Source: Macrostomum lignano (taxonomy: Eukaryota). Taken from it: 64,000 bases of DNA. The DNA is taken from positions 558,001 to 622,000 of the forward strand of contig NIVC01000362.1 in assembly GCA_002269645.1 (NCBI GenBank). Direction: 5' to 3'. The stretch's first letter is position 1; every line of letters begins with the position of its first letter. Below, one piece after another: positions 1 through 12,935 of the stretch. Position numbers and translations under genes: made by a program. The notes below the pieces were generated by a model. It ran no database searches. It had not been told where the DNA came from and saw only the letters and a list, made by a program, of their open reading frames with translations.

Positions 1-758
1 TCTCTCTCCCTGCCTCCTCTCCCCCTGCCTCCTCTCCCCCTGCCTCGTCTCTCTCCCCCTGCCCCTGCCTCTTCTCTCTCCCCCTGCTTCCTCTCTCTCC
101 CCATGTCTCTCTCTTCTCCTGCCTCCTCTCTCTCCCCCTGCCTCTTCTCTCTCCCCCTGCCTCTTCTCTCTCCCCCTGCCTCCTCTCTTCCCCTGCCTTC
201 TCTCTTCCCCTGCCTCCTCTCTCCCCTGCCTCCTCTCTCCCCCTGCCTCCTCTCTCCCCTGCCTCCTCTCCCCCTGCCTCCTCTCTCCCCCTGCCTCCTC
301 TCCCCCTGCCTCTTCTCTCTCCCCCTGCCTCTACTCTCTCCCCCTGCCTCTTCTCTCTCTCCCCCTGCTTCTACTCTCTCCCCTGCCTCTTCTCTCTCTC
401 CCCCTGTCTCTTCTCTCCCCCTGCCTCCTCTCTCTCCCTCTGCCTCTTCTCTCTCTGCTTCGTCTCTCTCTTCTGCCTCCTCTCTCTCCCTGCTTCTTCT
501 CTCTCTCCCTGCCTCTTCTCTCTCTCCCTGCTTCTTCTCTCTCCCCCTGCCTCCTCTCTCTCCCCCTGCCTCCTCTCTCTCCCTCTCCCTCTGCCTCTTC
601 TCTCCCTGCTTCTTCTCTCTCTCCTGCCTCTCCTCTCTCCCCCTGCCTTCTCTCTCCCCCTGCCTTCTCTCTCACCTGCCTCTTCTCTCTCTCCCCCTGC
701 CTCCTCTCTCCCCCTGCCTCCTCTCTCTCCCTGCCTTCTCTCTCCCCTGCCTCTTCTC
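1..758. repeat. CT-rich degenerate satellite (ctgcctcttctctctcccc-like)
   Basis: Almost pure C/T on + with periodic ctg. Confidence 0.95.
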
Positions 759-1016
759 TAAAGATTAACTGACCTTTGTCGAAGTGGGTGATCCTTTTTA
801 ACAAATTTGATCAATTTGATCCACGTTAAAGCGTACAATGTGGAAAACCTTTTTTCGATGCATATCGACGATCCGATAAGAGAATTGAAAAGATCTTAGA
901 AGCCCCTCCACGAGTCAGGCGCGAATGACTACTGCGCGTATTTGTAATGAGCGACACGTTTTTTAACAATTCTGACAAGGACTTGTCGTACATGCAAGTG
1001 AATCGATAAATTGCAG

Positions 1017-1136
1017 AAAGTAAAATCCATTGGAGCATCGAACATTCAACTGCTGCTGTTGGGAACCGGAATGCTTCCCGTGTCTGTGAGTACTACTAGG
1101 TACTACTACCATTACTACTACTACTACTACTACTCG

Positions 1137-1169
<33 letters not shown>

Positions 1170-1204
1170 TACTACTACTACTACTACCACTACTTCTACT
1201 ACTA

Positions 1205-1242
<38 letters not shown>

Positions 1243-1293
1243 GCTACTACTACTACTACAACTACTACTACTACCACCACTACTACTACTACT

Positions 1294-1331
<38 letters not shown>

Positions 1332-1348
1332 CACTACTTCTACTACTA

Positions 1349-1381
<33 letters not shown>

Positions 1382-1444
1382 GTAATACTAGTACTACTAA
1401 CATTACTACTACTACTACTACTCGTACTACTACTACTACTACTT

Positions 1445-1503
<59 letters not shown>

Positions 1504-1585
1504 GCTACTACTACTACTACTAGTAATACTAGTACTACTAACATTACTACTACTACTACTACTCGTACTACTACTACTACTACTT

Positions 1586-1623
<38 letters not shown>

Positions 1624-4600
1624 GCTACTACTACTACTACTAGTAATACTAGTACTACTACCATTACTACTACTACTATTACTACCACTACTACTACTAC
1701 TCGTACTACTACTACTACTACTACTCCTACTAACTACTACTATTCCAGCCCATCCCCAGCTTACTATTGCAACGCTATCAGCTGGGAGCAGTCGGCTGCC
1801 TCGTGTCTAACTGGCTGTTTCATCTGGGCAGCGCGCTGGTGTACACCTGCATCGGACTGCACTGCTGGAGGTAAATTAAACTTACGGGTAGAGCATACAA
1901 ATCCTTTAGCTTCAACATCGAATCCATAGGTTGATATCTGACCATACGCATCCAGACTCTCCGTCATCCTGAGCTTCAATCGGTCCAGTCGAGATCTGCT
2001 GCTGGACGCCAGCTGTGCTGGCAGGAGAATTCGAGTCGCTGTGCTGATCTGGTGCATCGGCCTGGCTGCTCAGAGCGGCTTAGAGGCCGCTGATCTTCAT
2101 GGCACACGGATGGATTCTGGGCAGCAGCGCTGCTTCAGGCCAAGCAGAGATGCCCTGCTGTACTCAGGTGAGATGAATAGGTTTGAGTCTATTGCTTCTC
2201 CTGAGTTTTCACATATTTTTGGAGGCCAGGTGTCGGTGGATAAAGGGAGAGATTTTTGATGGATGGAGGGTGAGATTCTCGATAGATATAGGATGAGATT
2301 CTCGATGGATACAGGGTGAGATCACGATGGATATAGGGTGAGAATCTCGGAGGATAGAGGATGAGATTCTCGGAGGATAGAGGGTGAGATTCTCGATGGA
2401 TATAGGGTGAGATTCTCGATGGATAGAGGGTGAGATTCTCGATGGATAGAGGGTGAGATTATTGATGGATATAAGGTGAGATTCTCGATGGATATTGGGT
2501 GAGATACTCTATGGATATAGGGTGAGATTTTTTATGGATAGAGGGTGAGATCCTTGATGGATAGAGGATGAGATTCTAAATGGATACAGTGAGATTATCG
2601 ATGGAAATAATGTGAGATTATCGATAAATGGAGGGTGAGATTTTGGATTGATAGAGGGTACGATTCTTGATATATAGAGAATTGCTGAGTAGAGTATGAT
2701 ATTAATTCTTCAGAAAATCCAATCTCATAATTTCCTTAGCTGTTTGTCACTTTCTATTTTTGCCTGACAAAATTTCCAGTTCACCTCCTGCTGAGCAGCT
2801 GGTCCGCTCTGCAGGTCTTCAAATCGCGCTTGGCGCCGAAGTCTTGCAGCGTTGCCACTGGCGCCGGATTTGTGATGTACAATTTTATTGCTGGCTTGTT
2901 CATCGCGTACTGCGCCCAGTGAGTGTACCGGGGCTATGACACATGAGCACTTCCGGTGTCTAACAGGTTGGGGTGCCTCAATATCTAACAGGTGTGCCAC
3001 CTCAATATCTAACAGGTGTGCCACCTCAATATCTAACAGGTGTGCCACCTCAATATCTAACAGGTTGGTTGCCAGCTCAATATCTAACAGGTAGGGTGCC
3101 ACCTCAATATCTAACAGGTTTGGGAGCCACCTCAATATCTAACAGGTAGGGTGCCACCTTAATATCTAACAGGTTGGGTGCCAGCTCAATATCTAACAGG
3201 TTGGGTGCCAGCTCAATATCTAACAGGTTTGGTTGCCAGCTCAATATCTAACATGTTTGGTTGCCAGCTCAATATCTAACAGGTTTGGTTGCCAGCTCAA
3301 TATCTAATATGTTTGGTTGCCAGCTCAATATCTAACAGGTTGGGTGCCACCTCAATATCTAACAGGTTATGTGCCAGCTCAATATCTAACAGGTTTGGGT
3401 GCCACCTCAATATCTAATATGCTGGCACCTGCTCGTTTCACTTCAATGCACATTAACAACCCCACCAAAGGCTCACACTGCACCTGGCTGGCCAACCGAA
3501 CTCCCTGTTTCTTACCTGGCGCCTCGGTTTCGCCACGTGGGTTTGCGTCACGGCCAATTCTGTGTTTGTGTGGCCGCTGGTAAGTCAATGCCAGGTGTAT
3601 GCATTGTTACGATTGTATTTTTTTGAGTATACAAGACTTTTCCGATGGATTTCGAAAGTGGTCAATTACTAAATACGTGAGTGTAGGTGAGAGCAAAGGG
3701 GAAGAGAGGGAGTATTAAGGGGGGTGGAGGAGAAAAGATCAGGAGGGTTTGAAGGAGGGGATGGTGAGAAAGAGAGGAGGGTATGGAGGAGGGGGGATGG
3801 TGAGAAAGAGAGGAGGGTATGGAGGAGGGGGGATGGTGAGAAAGAGAGGAGGGTATGGAGGAGGGGGGATGGTGAGAAAGAGAGGAGGGTATGGAGGAGG
3901 GGGGATGGTGAGGAAGAGAGGAGGGTATGGAGGAGGGGGGATGGTGAGGAAGAGAGGAGAGTATGGAGGAGGGGGGATGGTGAGGAAGAGAGGAGGGTAT
4001 GGAGGAGGGGGGATGGTGAGGAAGAGAGGAGAGTATGGAGGAGGGGGGATGGTGAGGAAGAGAAGAGGCTATGGAGGAGGGGATGGTGAGGAAGAGAGGA
4101 GGGTATGAATGAAAGGATGGTGAGGAAGAGAGGAGGGTATGAATGAAAGGATGGTGAGGAAGAGAGGAGGGTATGAAGGAAAGGATGGTGAGGAAGAGAG
4201 GAGGGTATGAATGAAAGGATGGTGAGGAAGAGAGGAGGGTATGAATGAAAGGATGGTGAGGAAGAGAGGAGGGTATGAATGAAAGGATGGTGAGGAAGAG
4301 GGGAGGGTATGAATGAAAGGATGGTGAGGAAGAGAGGAGGGTATGAATGAAAGGATGGTGAGGAAGAGAGGAGGGTATGAATGAAAGGATGGTGAGGAAG
4401 AGAGGAGGGTATGAATGAAAGGATGGTGAGGAAGAGAGGAGGGTATGAATGAAAGGATGGTGAGGAAGAGAGGAGGGTATGAATGAAAGGATGGTGAGGA
4501 AGAGAGGAGGGTATGAATGAAAGGATGGTGAGGAAGAGAGGAGGGTATGAATGAAAGGATGGTGAGGAAGAGGGGAGGGTATGAAGGAAAGGATGGTGAG

Positions 4601-7600
4601 GAAGAGGGGAGGGTATGAAGGAAAGGATGGTGAGGAAGAGGGGAGGGTATGAAGGAAAGGATGGTGAGGAAGAGGGGAGGGTATGAATGAAAGGATGGTG
4701 AGGAAGAGAGGAGGGTATGAATGAAAGTATGGTGAGGAAGAGGGGAGGGTATGAAGGAAAGGATGGTGAGGAAGAGGGGAGGGTATGAAGGAAAGGATGG
4801 TGAGGAAGAGGGGAGGGTATGAAGGAAAGGATGGTGAGGAAGAGGGGAGGGTATGAATGAAAGGATGGTGAGGAAGAGAGGAGGGTATGAAGGAAAGGAT
4901 GGTGAGGAAGAGAGGAGGGTATGAATGAAAGGATGGTGAGGAAGAGAGGAGGGTATTGAGGAGGGGATGGTGAGGAAGAGAGGAGGGTATGAAGGAAAGG
5001 ATGGTGAGGAAGAGGGGAGGGTATGAAGGAAAGGATGGTGAGGATGAGGGGAGGGTATGAATGAAAGGATGGTGAGGAAGAGAGGAGTGTATGAATGAAA
5101 GGATGGTGAGGAAGAGAGGAGGGTATGAATGAAAGGATGGTGAGGATGAGGGGAGGGTATGAAGGAAAGGATGGTGAGGAAGAGAGGAGGGTATGAAGGA
5201 AAGGATGGTGAGGAAGAGAGGAGGGTATGAAGGAAAGGATGGTGAGGAAGAGAGGAGGGTATGAAGGAAAGGATGGTGAGGAAGAGAGGAGGGGATAAAG
5301 GGGTAGGAGGAAAGAACAGAAAGGAGCGGGCAAGGAAGCAAGGAGACAGAGGATTTCGGAAAGCTATTCGCAAGCAGGAAACGAGCTCATACTCACTTTC
5401 AATTTTTCCCAAGTTCCTAAACTTGAGTTTCAGAAGGCATATGAAGGCCAAGCATACATGACTACTGCAGCCCTCGAATCGAATAAAACCAACTTGTTTA
5501 CCGCTAGCAACGCATCGTCAGAGAAACGAGATAATGAGATAACTTTTTTCTGGGAGCGAGCAGCACAGTGCTGGAGCAGAGCTGGCACCAGGGAGCCCAT
5601 TGAGAATGCAATGCCGACCTCGCTTGAGAAGGAGATGAGCTGGCCGGCTCAGGAAATGTCTTGCGATTAAATTGGACGACATCATCGGAGCAGTAGAGTA
5701 GTTATCTATTTTCTCTGCTGGGGGTTAATCGATTTTCTCGGGGCTGTGGAGGGGGTTGGAGCGCGCGGGGGTGGGTCAGTCACTGACGTCTGCCTGCACT
5801 GGCGAGACTATAGCGATTCCTAGAGATGAGAGAGATAAGGAGAACTACATGGCGCACACGGCGGCAGATAATTAGCCGAACCATCATCAAGCAGGAAGCG
5901 ATCCCAATTATCTCTGATCGACACGCTCAGTGTCAGGCACCCGTATATGAATGCCGGTCTGGTTGCTATGGGAAAATTGCTCGAGGCTACAGGCGGATCT
6001 TATAGAAGGGGAAAAATTCGTCCGGCAGGCATACATCTGAGCTCCGCGGGTTGTCAGGGACGGCGCCGATTCTGGGTGTCAGGGACGGCGCCGATTCTGG
6101 GTGTCAGGGATGGCGCCAATTCTCGATGTCAGGGACGGCGCCGATTCTGGGTGTCAAAGATGGCGCCAATTCTCGGTGTCAGGGACGGCGCCGATTCTGG
6201 GTGTCAGGGACGGCGCCGATTCTGGGTGTCAGGGATGGCGCCGATTCTGGGTGTCAGGGATGGCGCCGATTCTGGGTGTCAGGGATGTCGCCAATTCTCG
6301 ATGTCAGGGACGGCGCCGATTCTGGGTGTCAGGGACGGCGCCGATTCTGGGTGTCAGGGATGGCGCCGATTCTGGGTGTCAGGGACGACGCCTGCGGGAC
6401 GTTTGCCAGCCGACGTTTGCCTGCCGGACATTTGCAGGCGGCAATTGGTTAAAGAAGTAGGCCCTCTCTAGGCTTACATGTACTTGCATTTGAAAACTGT
6501 GGACATCGCACTAATCTAATTCCACCTCGCTCCCTACTACTGCTATTAAATATACAGCTTACTAACAAACTACTGTTCAGGCTTATTGAAGTTATTGCTC
6601 TTGTCTGCCTAAATATAAAGGTAAAAATACAAAATAGGAGTTTCCATTGTCACGGTTGATGTCTATGAATGCCATGGAATGGCCCTTTCCATCTCAGTGG
6701 CCAAACAAGCTAAGTGTTTACAAGCTAAATGGGAAAAGACTGAGACATCCATAATGGTATTGGCTTAGTCTCGCCTATATAAACTTAACTCAAAAGCCAA
6801 ACTCTGCTTAACGGAGTGCACTTGACAAGCTGCATTGCAAGCGGTACACGCAATGCGTAAGGTTTTCATCTATTGAGTAAAACTTTTTGATTTTTCAGGT
6901 GTCGCCGAATTCCAATCGGCACACAGTTGGCTACGAGTTGATCAGCTGCGGCTCTGTGCCCGTGACCGAGGCTGCGGGCGGTCGACTGCTCATCCACCAC
7001 CCGGTTGATGCCCGCCTGGGCCCAGGTGGCACACTAATTAGCCTACGATGCGCTCCATGCGGCCAGCTTCTGCTCCTGCCTGACAGGCTGTTTCTTGAGC
7101 CGCCGGAGACGACGGAGACAACGGCGGACACGCTGACAGCGAATCCGGAAGTTGCAGCCACCGAAACTGCTCAAGATGGGGAGGTGTTCAAGGGCTACAC
7201 TGAGGTGTGCTAATTGCTTGCACTCTTGAACGGATAATTACTTGATTGCTTTTTAAATAGGCGTTTGCCACTCAGCCCACTCCCCAATCCATCCGCCCTC
7301 TCCCCAATCCATCCACCCTCTCTCCAATCCATCCGCCTTCTCCCAAATCCATCCGCCTTCTCCTCAATCCATCCGCCCTCTCCCCAATCCACCCGCCCTC
7401 TCCCCAATCCACCCGCCCTCTCCCCAATCCACCCGCCCTCTCCCCAATCCATCCGCCCTCTCCCCAATCCATCCGCCCTCTCCCCAATCCATCCGCCCTC
7501 TCCCCAATCCATTCGCCTTCTCCTCAATCCATCCGCCCTCTCCCCAATCCATTCGCCTTCTCCTCAATCCATCCGCCCTCTCCCCAATCCATCCGCCCTC

Positions 7601-8297
7601 TCCCCAATCCATTCGCCCTCTCCTCAATCCATCCGCCCTCTCCTCAATCCACCCGCCCTCTCCCCAATCCACCCGCCCTCTCCCCAATCCATCCGCCCTC
7701 TCCCCAATCCATTCGCCTTCTCCTCAATCCATCCGCCTTCTCCCCAATCCATTCGCCTTCTCCTCAATCCATCCGCCCTCTCCCCAATCCATCCGCCCTC
7801 TCCCCAATCCATCCGCCCTCTCCCCAATTCATTCGCCTTCTCCTCAATCCATCCGCCCTCTCCCCAATCCATCCGCCCTCTCCCCAATCCATCCGCCCTC
7901 TCCCCAATTCATCCTACACGACTCCCCCTGACAGGCGGAGTTCGACCGCCTAGTGGACATGTTCCAGCAGCTGAAGTCGCACAACCAGCACCTAATAAAT
8001 CGACTGGAGTCCCTAGAGAGTCGGAACTGTTCGTCAACTGATTGTTACGACAACAACCAAACCGACCATCTGTGGACTTCGACAGACACGTTGGAGACCA
8101 ATGTTGACTCTGGATCGGCTGCTGGACCCTCAGATCTCCATAGCAACAGTGACTACTGCTTGAGACTACTCAATCGTCGACGTTGCTGTCGTGCGTGTCA
8201 CCGGAGAGGGATACCAAAATCGATCAGCTTCCTGTCTGCAGGTCGATGCACAACTGCTCAAGACGGCCTCAGTCTGGCTGCGGATTCTGAGGGCTGA
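1017..8297 (+). CDS. Divergent class C GPCR (GABA-B/GPR156-like 7TM with C-terminal coiled coil), 5'-partial; receptor 1
   Basis: GT-AG exons 1017-1085, 1749-1870, 1956-2167, 2780-2918, 3471-3579, 6899-7204, 7935-8297 join in one frame. Motifs: KVKSIGASNIQLLLLG (cf. GABA-B IKMSSPNLNNLIILG), GCLVSNWLFHLGSALVYTCIGLHCWRL (TM3, cf. KTWRV), GFVMYN (TM6, cf. GMSVYN), VFVWP (TM7), LKSHNQHLINRLESLE (coiled coil). The TM1 exon was not found and is presumably upstream of the window. Confidence 0.75.
1091..1740. repeat. (TAC)n microsatellite with higher-order duplications
   Basis: Trinucleotide run with repeated tagtaatactagtac variants; intronic in receptor 1. Confidence 0.97.
2268..2680. repeat. ~22-bp minisatellite (gagattctcgatggatatagggt)
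   Basis: Degenerate tandem units in a receptor 1 intron. Confidence 0.9.
2962..3418. repeat. 24-26-bp minisatellite (gccacctcaatatctaacaggt...)
   Basis: About 17 tandem copies, intronic. Confidence 0.93.
3740..5290. repeat. 34-36-bp GA-rich minisatellite
   Basis: Unit ggatggtgaggaagagaggagggtatgaatgaaa; a 36-bp variant block precedes the 34-bp block. Confidence 0.95.
6020..6429. repeat. 25-bp tandem array bounded by a 12-15-bp inverted repeat
   Basis: Unit gtcagggacggcgccgattctgggt; gtccggcaggca (6020-6031) and tgcctgccggac (6418-6429). Confidence 0.85.
7275..7910. repeat. 20-bp minisatellite (ccaatccatccgccctctcc)
   Basis: Tandem array in the last intron of receptor 1. Confidence 0.95.
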
Positions 8298-8502
8298 TTG
8301 AATTACCGTTTCTACTGCTTTTATATAGATTTAGCTGGCAATATTCTCTAGTACTCTACTGATTAGTAGTCTGATACAAACTGTTGGTCCAATGTATCGT
8401 AGGCTAGGCATTTTGTTGTAATTTTGATCATTTCTATACTCGTATACGGGAGAATTGACTGTCTGTCACAATCTGAACGCCGACAATAACCCTACACCTA
8501 CC

Positions 8503-11500
8503 CAAGGACCACTAGAAGTTACCGTTGTATCAGGACGCAACACTCGTAAATATTGTAAAATTATTTGAAGGCCCGCTTGTTTACGTGTATTTATCGGTAC
8601 TTGCCTTCAAAAAAGCATCTACTCGACTTAAGTCGACTGTTTTAAAGAAGCATACACTACATTTGAGCCTCAGAAGCTTCATATAATATGTGTATTTATA
8701 GTTTATTTAGGCTGTAATCTAGATATTTTGAGTAATTATATCATTAAATGCAACTCGTTTTAATATTTCCTAGGCCCCCTAAGGTTTTATGCAGACAGCA
8801 GATACTGCTAGTCATAGTACTGAGAATTCAACAAAGCTTGAGAAAAGGTCAAAGGATCAGAAGGGCTTCTAACTAACTTACTATCAACCAGAAAGTAATT
8901 TAACCAGTAGGTCTATATTATTTTATAACTTATAAGCTTAGCCTTTACACTTTAGCTAGCTATGACAGGCTATCATATGACATTAGGCCTATCATACTGA
9001 AACTCCAACAGCTACTAGGCCTATGCCTAGGCCTACCATGATTATTAGGCCTAGTTATTATTATTATTAATATTATTATTAGGCCTATTATTATTACTAT
9101 TGAAGACTAGGACTAATTCATGTACTCATGCTTGATGTTAGTATCAGACAAGTTAAATGATAGTTTATTTGTTTTTAATGTATCCAACCAATAAGATGTT
9201 GCTTTAGCTAACTAACCTATGCTTTTTATTCTTTTGTCCTTTTGTAGCAGACATATTTTAGCATATTAAAAGTTGGTTTCCCACTAGAAACAACAAGGCT
9301 AAAGTTTATTATACTGGCTTTTCAATTTCTTTAGGCCTATTTATTTTTGTGTTGAAAACACTATTTTTTCCAATTTTTATCAGTGTAATAATATTGTAAT
9401 GTATTACTGTCTTGAAGACATTTGCAGCACCTATTTTTAATGTCAAATAGCAGCTTTTCAATTGTGTTAGGTACAATTTTTTAAAAGGCCTTTATTTATT
9501 AATATTGGTGTTTTTTTAGAAGAAAAAATATTTCTGCTACTTTTTTATTTGTTTTTCTTTTATTACCAGTTTGTGTTCACTTTCAAATCTGTGCATTAAT
9601 ATAATACACAGTTATTCACTTATTAAAACCCTTTTTGGCTTTCATTTGTTTTTTCATAGTTTATGTTTTGGGTCTAATATTTTAAAATGTAAAGTGAAAT
9701 AACTGAAATGTTTCAATTTTTTGGTTTATAAATCTAACAATTTCAGTGTACTCACAAAAAATTATCAAACCATGCCCATGAAATGTTGCATACCATCTTG
9801 TAGAAGTAACTATCGCAATGAAGAGAAGGTAGCTATATTTGGCTTTCCTAAAGATGAGGCTGAGCATTGCCGATGGATTAATGCATTGCCATCGTCTATT
9901 AAGGTGAATAAAATGACCTTTTAATGAGTTACTTTATTCTTTAAAAGTAAATAATTGAGATCAATATAATTTTTGAATAATTAAAATGTATAGTAAAAAT
10001 AATTAACTTTCTAAAGTTTATATATAAATTGTAGAATGTCTCTAAGTTCATGGGCATTTGCCGAAAGCATTGGGAAGATGATGCCCCCATGGTAAAAGTC
10101 AAGCGGTTCACAAGACCTAGGGACCCACCTTCTATTTTTCAATTTGCTAAGAAAAGTGATATGCGCCAAACATATCCAAGTAAGTTAACAATATGCCCTA
10201 TCATATAGCATGTTATATAACCTATAGCTCAGGTAAAGTTGGATTGCCTTTTATAATGTGTTGTTGTTTGTAATTCAAAAATATTTTTAGAGAAGTCAAG
10301 GCAGGCTGTTAAAAGAGGCATTTCCCTGTCACAGCGTGGTCAAGAACCAGATCAAATGCCTGCATTTAACAAAGCCGATCGAATCTGTTCGTGGAATGCT
10401 TTCCAAGTTGCTGCTTTAGCTCTTCCCTTCTTAGTTGGCTGGCTTGTGCAAGTTTCGGATTCGAATGTTTTGTTCTTGACCATATTTGAACGTGCAGTTG
10501 AATTCTATATCTGTGTTAATAGTGACTTCACTGTTGAAGCCTATCGACAGAACAGTGTTGTCAAGGTAACTGACCTCCTAGGATTTCAATGGAAACTAGA
10601 ACGCTTTAGTCAACTTGAAGCTATTGTCAATAGGGTCAAACAGGCCCCATTGACAATTAGTGATGAGATCAAGTCTAGTGTGGCAACCATTCGAAAGTTA
10701 CCATGTAGCTCCAAGCAACTGTTTCTTCTTCGTCAACTGGAATTGTCCTTATCATCAAATGGGCACTATTATAATTCATCAGACATTTTAACAGCCATGT
10801 ATTATCAGCAGTATTAACAGCAATATATTAGAGTATATAAATTCACAATTGAATATACTTTGAAGTCTAAATGTGTATAATTCTCTTTCCTTATTTATTA
10901 GGCCTAAGACAATTCTGTATAGCTGGATGTATACCATTTATAGACTTATCTAAAGCTATTGTTCTAACTATCTTTATACAAGATTGTAAACCTTATCTTG
11001 TTTTTCATCAGTGCAATAAGTAGGTTGTTAGTCTTGTCATTGACAATTATTTTATGAACCATATTGTTTACAAATGTTGCAGATTGACGGTTGAGATGTT
11101 TGTTTAGTTTAACTACAGTTTCTTATTATCATTACCTTTATATCCATATTCAATGTACTTTAATTTGTTAGTTTGTCAGTTTCATGTTAGTTAAACCAGC
11201 TGTGATTTGATGGTTTAAGCTTTGTTTCATACATATTAGGTTATAGAGAAAATGTATTCATTTACTCAAAACAAGGCTTGTTTTGTTGTTCATTGCAAAG
11301 CAGGTATTTATTAATCCCAAATTGGTTTCATTTCAGGTGTGCCAAATCATCCAATCTAGATGTTCATCCATCAATGTCTGCTGAGCTAACATGGTGAAGT
11401 ACTGTGATTCATTATGCTTTGTGATTTTAAGAGATTTTTTAGACAGAATGACTTGATTGGTATGAAAGTTTAAGTTTAAAATACATTGGCTTATTGTTGC

Positions 11501-12144
11501 TTTTTGACTTTGTTTTCTTATTTCGCATGTATTCTTTATGAAATTAGAGGTTTTTATATCGAAATTGAACTTAAATACAAATAAAGTTGTGCTACTGTAC
11601 AAGTTTTATTTGACTCCTACTGTTCATTTGAACAGCAAAAGAAAGATTATGAATGTTGGAGTTCTTGTTGGGCAGGTGTGCCAAGATTTCAAAAATACTG
11701 CGCCTTTCTGATTTTTATAATACTGGTTTTTGATAGTGAAGTGACGCCTTTGCAGCCCACTGAACTCTGTACAGATTATCCGCTTTATAAAGCTTCCAAC
11801 TACAGAGTATGTTGTATGGTCTGCTACTTTATCGAGACTAGGAGGCAATAATTGAAGTAACTGAAACTTTATTCATTTTGTATGCAATGAAATATTGTGT
11901 ATTGCCGTTACTTTACTGTACGCCCGCCGCTCCTACATGTAGATATAGCGCTAAAGTTTGTTATATGTTTAAGAGAACAAAATTTCGAGCAACCTGGCGA
12001 AAAAATTATCTTTCAAAGTGCAACCAGTCCGGAGTTATGAGCATTTAAAGTTAAGCTGCAATGCAAACAAGCGGGCCTTCAAATAATTTTGCAATATTTA
12101 CGAGTGTTGCGTCCTGATACAACGGTAACTTCTAGTGGTCCTTG
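8503..12144 (+). mobile_element. P-superfamily DNA transposon, non-autonomous (3642 bp)
   Basis: 80-bp TIRs at 8503-8582 and 12065-12144 (one mismatch) start with CAAGG; 8-bp TSD CACCTACC at 8495-8502 and 12145-12152; internal THAP ORF. Confidence 0.92.
9772..10817 (+). CDS. THAP-domain protein (~267 aa), N-terminal part of a P-like transposase
   Basis: Exons 9772-9903, 10035-10179, 10291-10817 in frame. THAP C2CH signature MKCCIPSC...FGFPKDE...RW...ICRKHW...PPSIF. Later LFLLRQLEL...YYNSSDILTA resembles the pre-catalytic region of P transposases; a stop follows before any DDE domain. Confidence 0.85.
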
Positions 12145-12935
12145 CACCTACCCTAACCGCATGCGGCCGCAAAACCTCTCATTTCGTCCCTCGGGTGCTT
12201 TGAAAGTTCACAATGGCAATCCAGCCATCTCATCTCTGTTTTCTTTTCTCTCCTCTCTCCTCTCCTCTCTTCCTCTCCTCTCACACGCTATATTGTGTAT
12301 CTGTCCCTTAAGGTAAAAACAATTATATACTCTGCCACCGTACACGAACTGCAGGCCATTGTTAAAGCCTTGCCATGTTTTTACATGATCTACATGATGT
12401 CAGTGAGATGGGGCGACAAGTTTAGTTTATGTTTATTTAAAACTACCCGGTTGTTTGAGTTTTCAAAATTTTAGTTTAAGAAGGTCTTCTTGGTTTCTCA
12501 CAAAGTTTTTCTGTTCTGTCCCGTTATATTATATTATATTATCTATGCTTGCTTATAATCGATTGAACAAGTCAATTAAATTGCATAAGAGCTTGAATTT
12601 TATGGAGATCTCTTACCTGGCGCCGCAAAAGTTTATATAACGCCAGTAGAAGACAGTATAATATGCAGCAGAGGTTGGCACTTTTTGAATGGCATGCTGT
12701 AATAAGACAACAGTGCAACTTGTACATGCATGTAATGCTTCTGACTTCAGACCCTTGACTTTTATCCACCCACCATATGCATAAGATCTGCCCTGCCGCC
12801 ACTCATTGCTCAGGTTCCGCCCCCTCATTGCTCAGGTTCCGCCCCCTCATTGCTCAGTTTCCACCCCCTCATTGCTCAGTTTCCGTCCCCTCATTGCCCA
12901 GATTCCGCCACTCATTGCTCAGGTTCCGCCCCCTC

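Noticed and set aside
764-1010. Unique segment with LSKWVILFNKFDQF, faintly G-alpha-like
   Set aside because: Stops in every frame and no further G-protein motifs; treated as intronic.
5435-5670. Possible alternative terminal exon of receptor 1 (KAYEGQAYMTT...SCD)
   Set aside because: Phase-compatible but has no recognisable similarity, and the 6899/7935 exons supply the expected coiled coil.
11624-11848. Minus-strand peptide TTYSVVGSFIKRIIC resembling a P-transposase C-terminal motif
   Set aside because: Wrong strand relative to the THAP ORF, and the match is too short.
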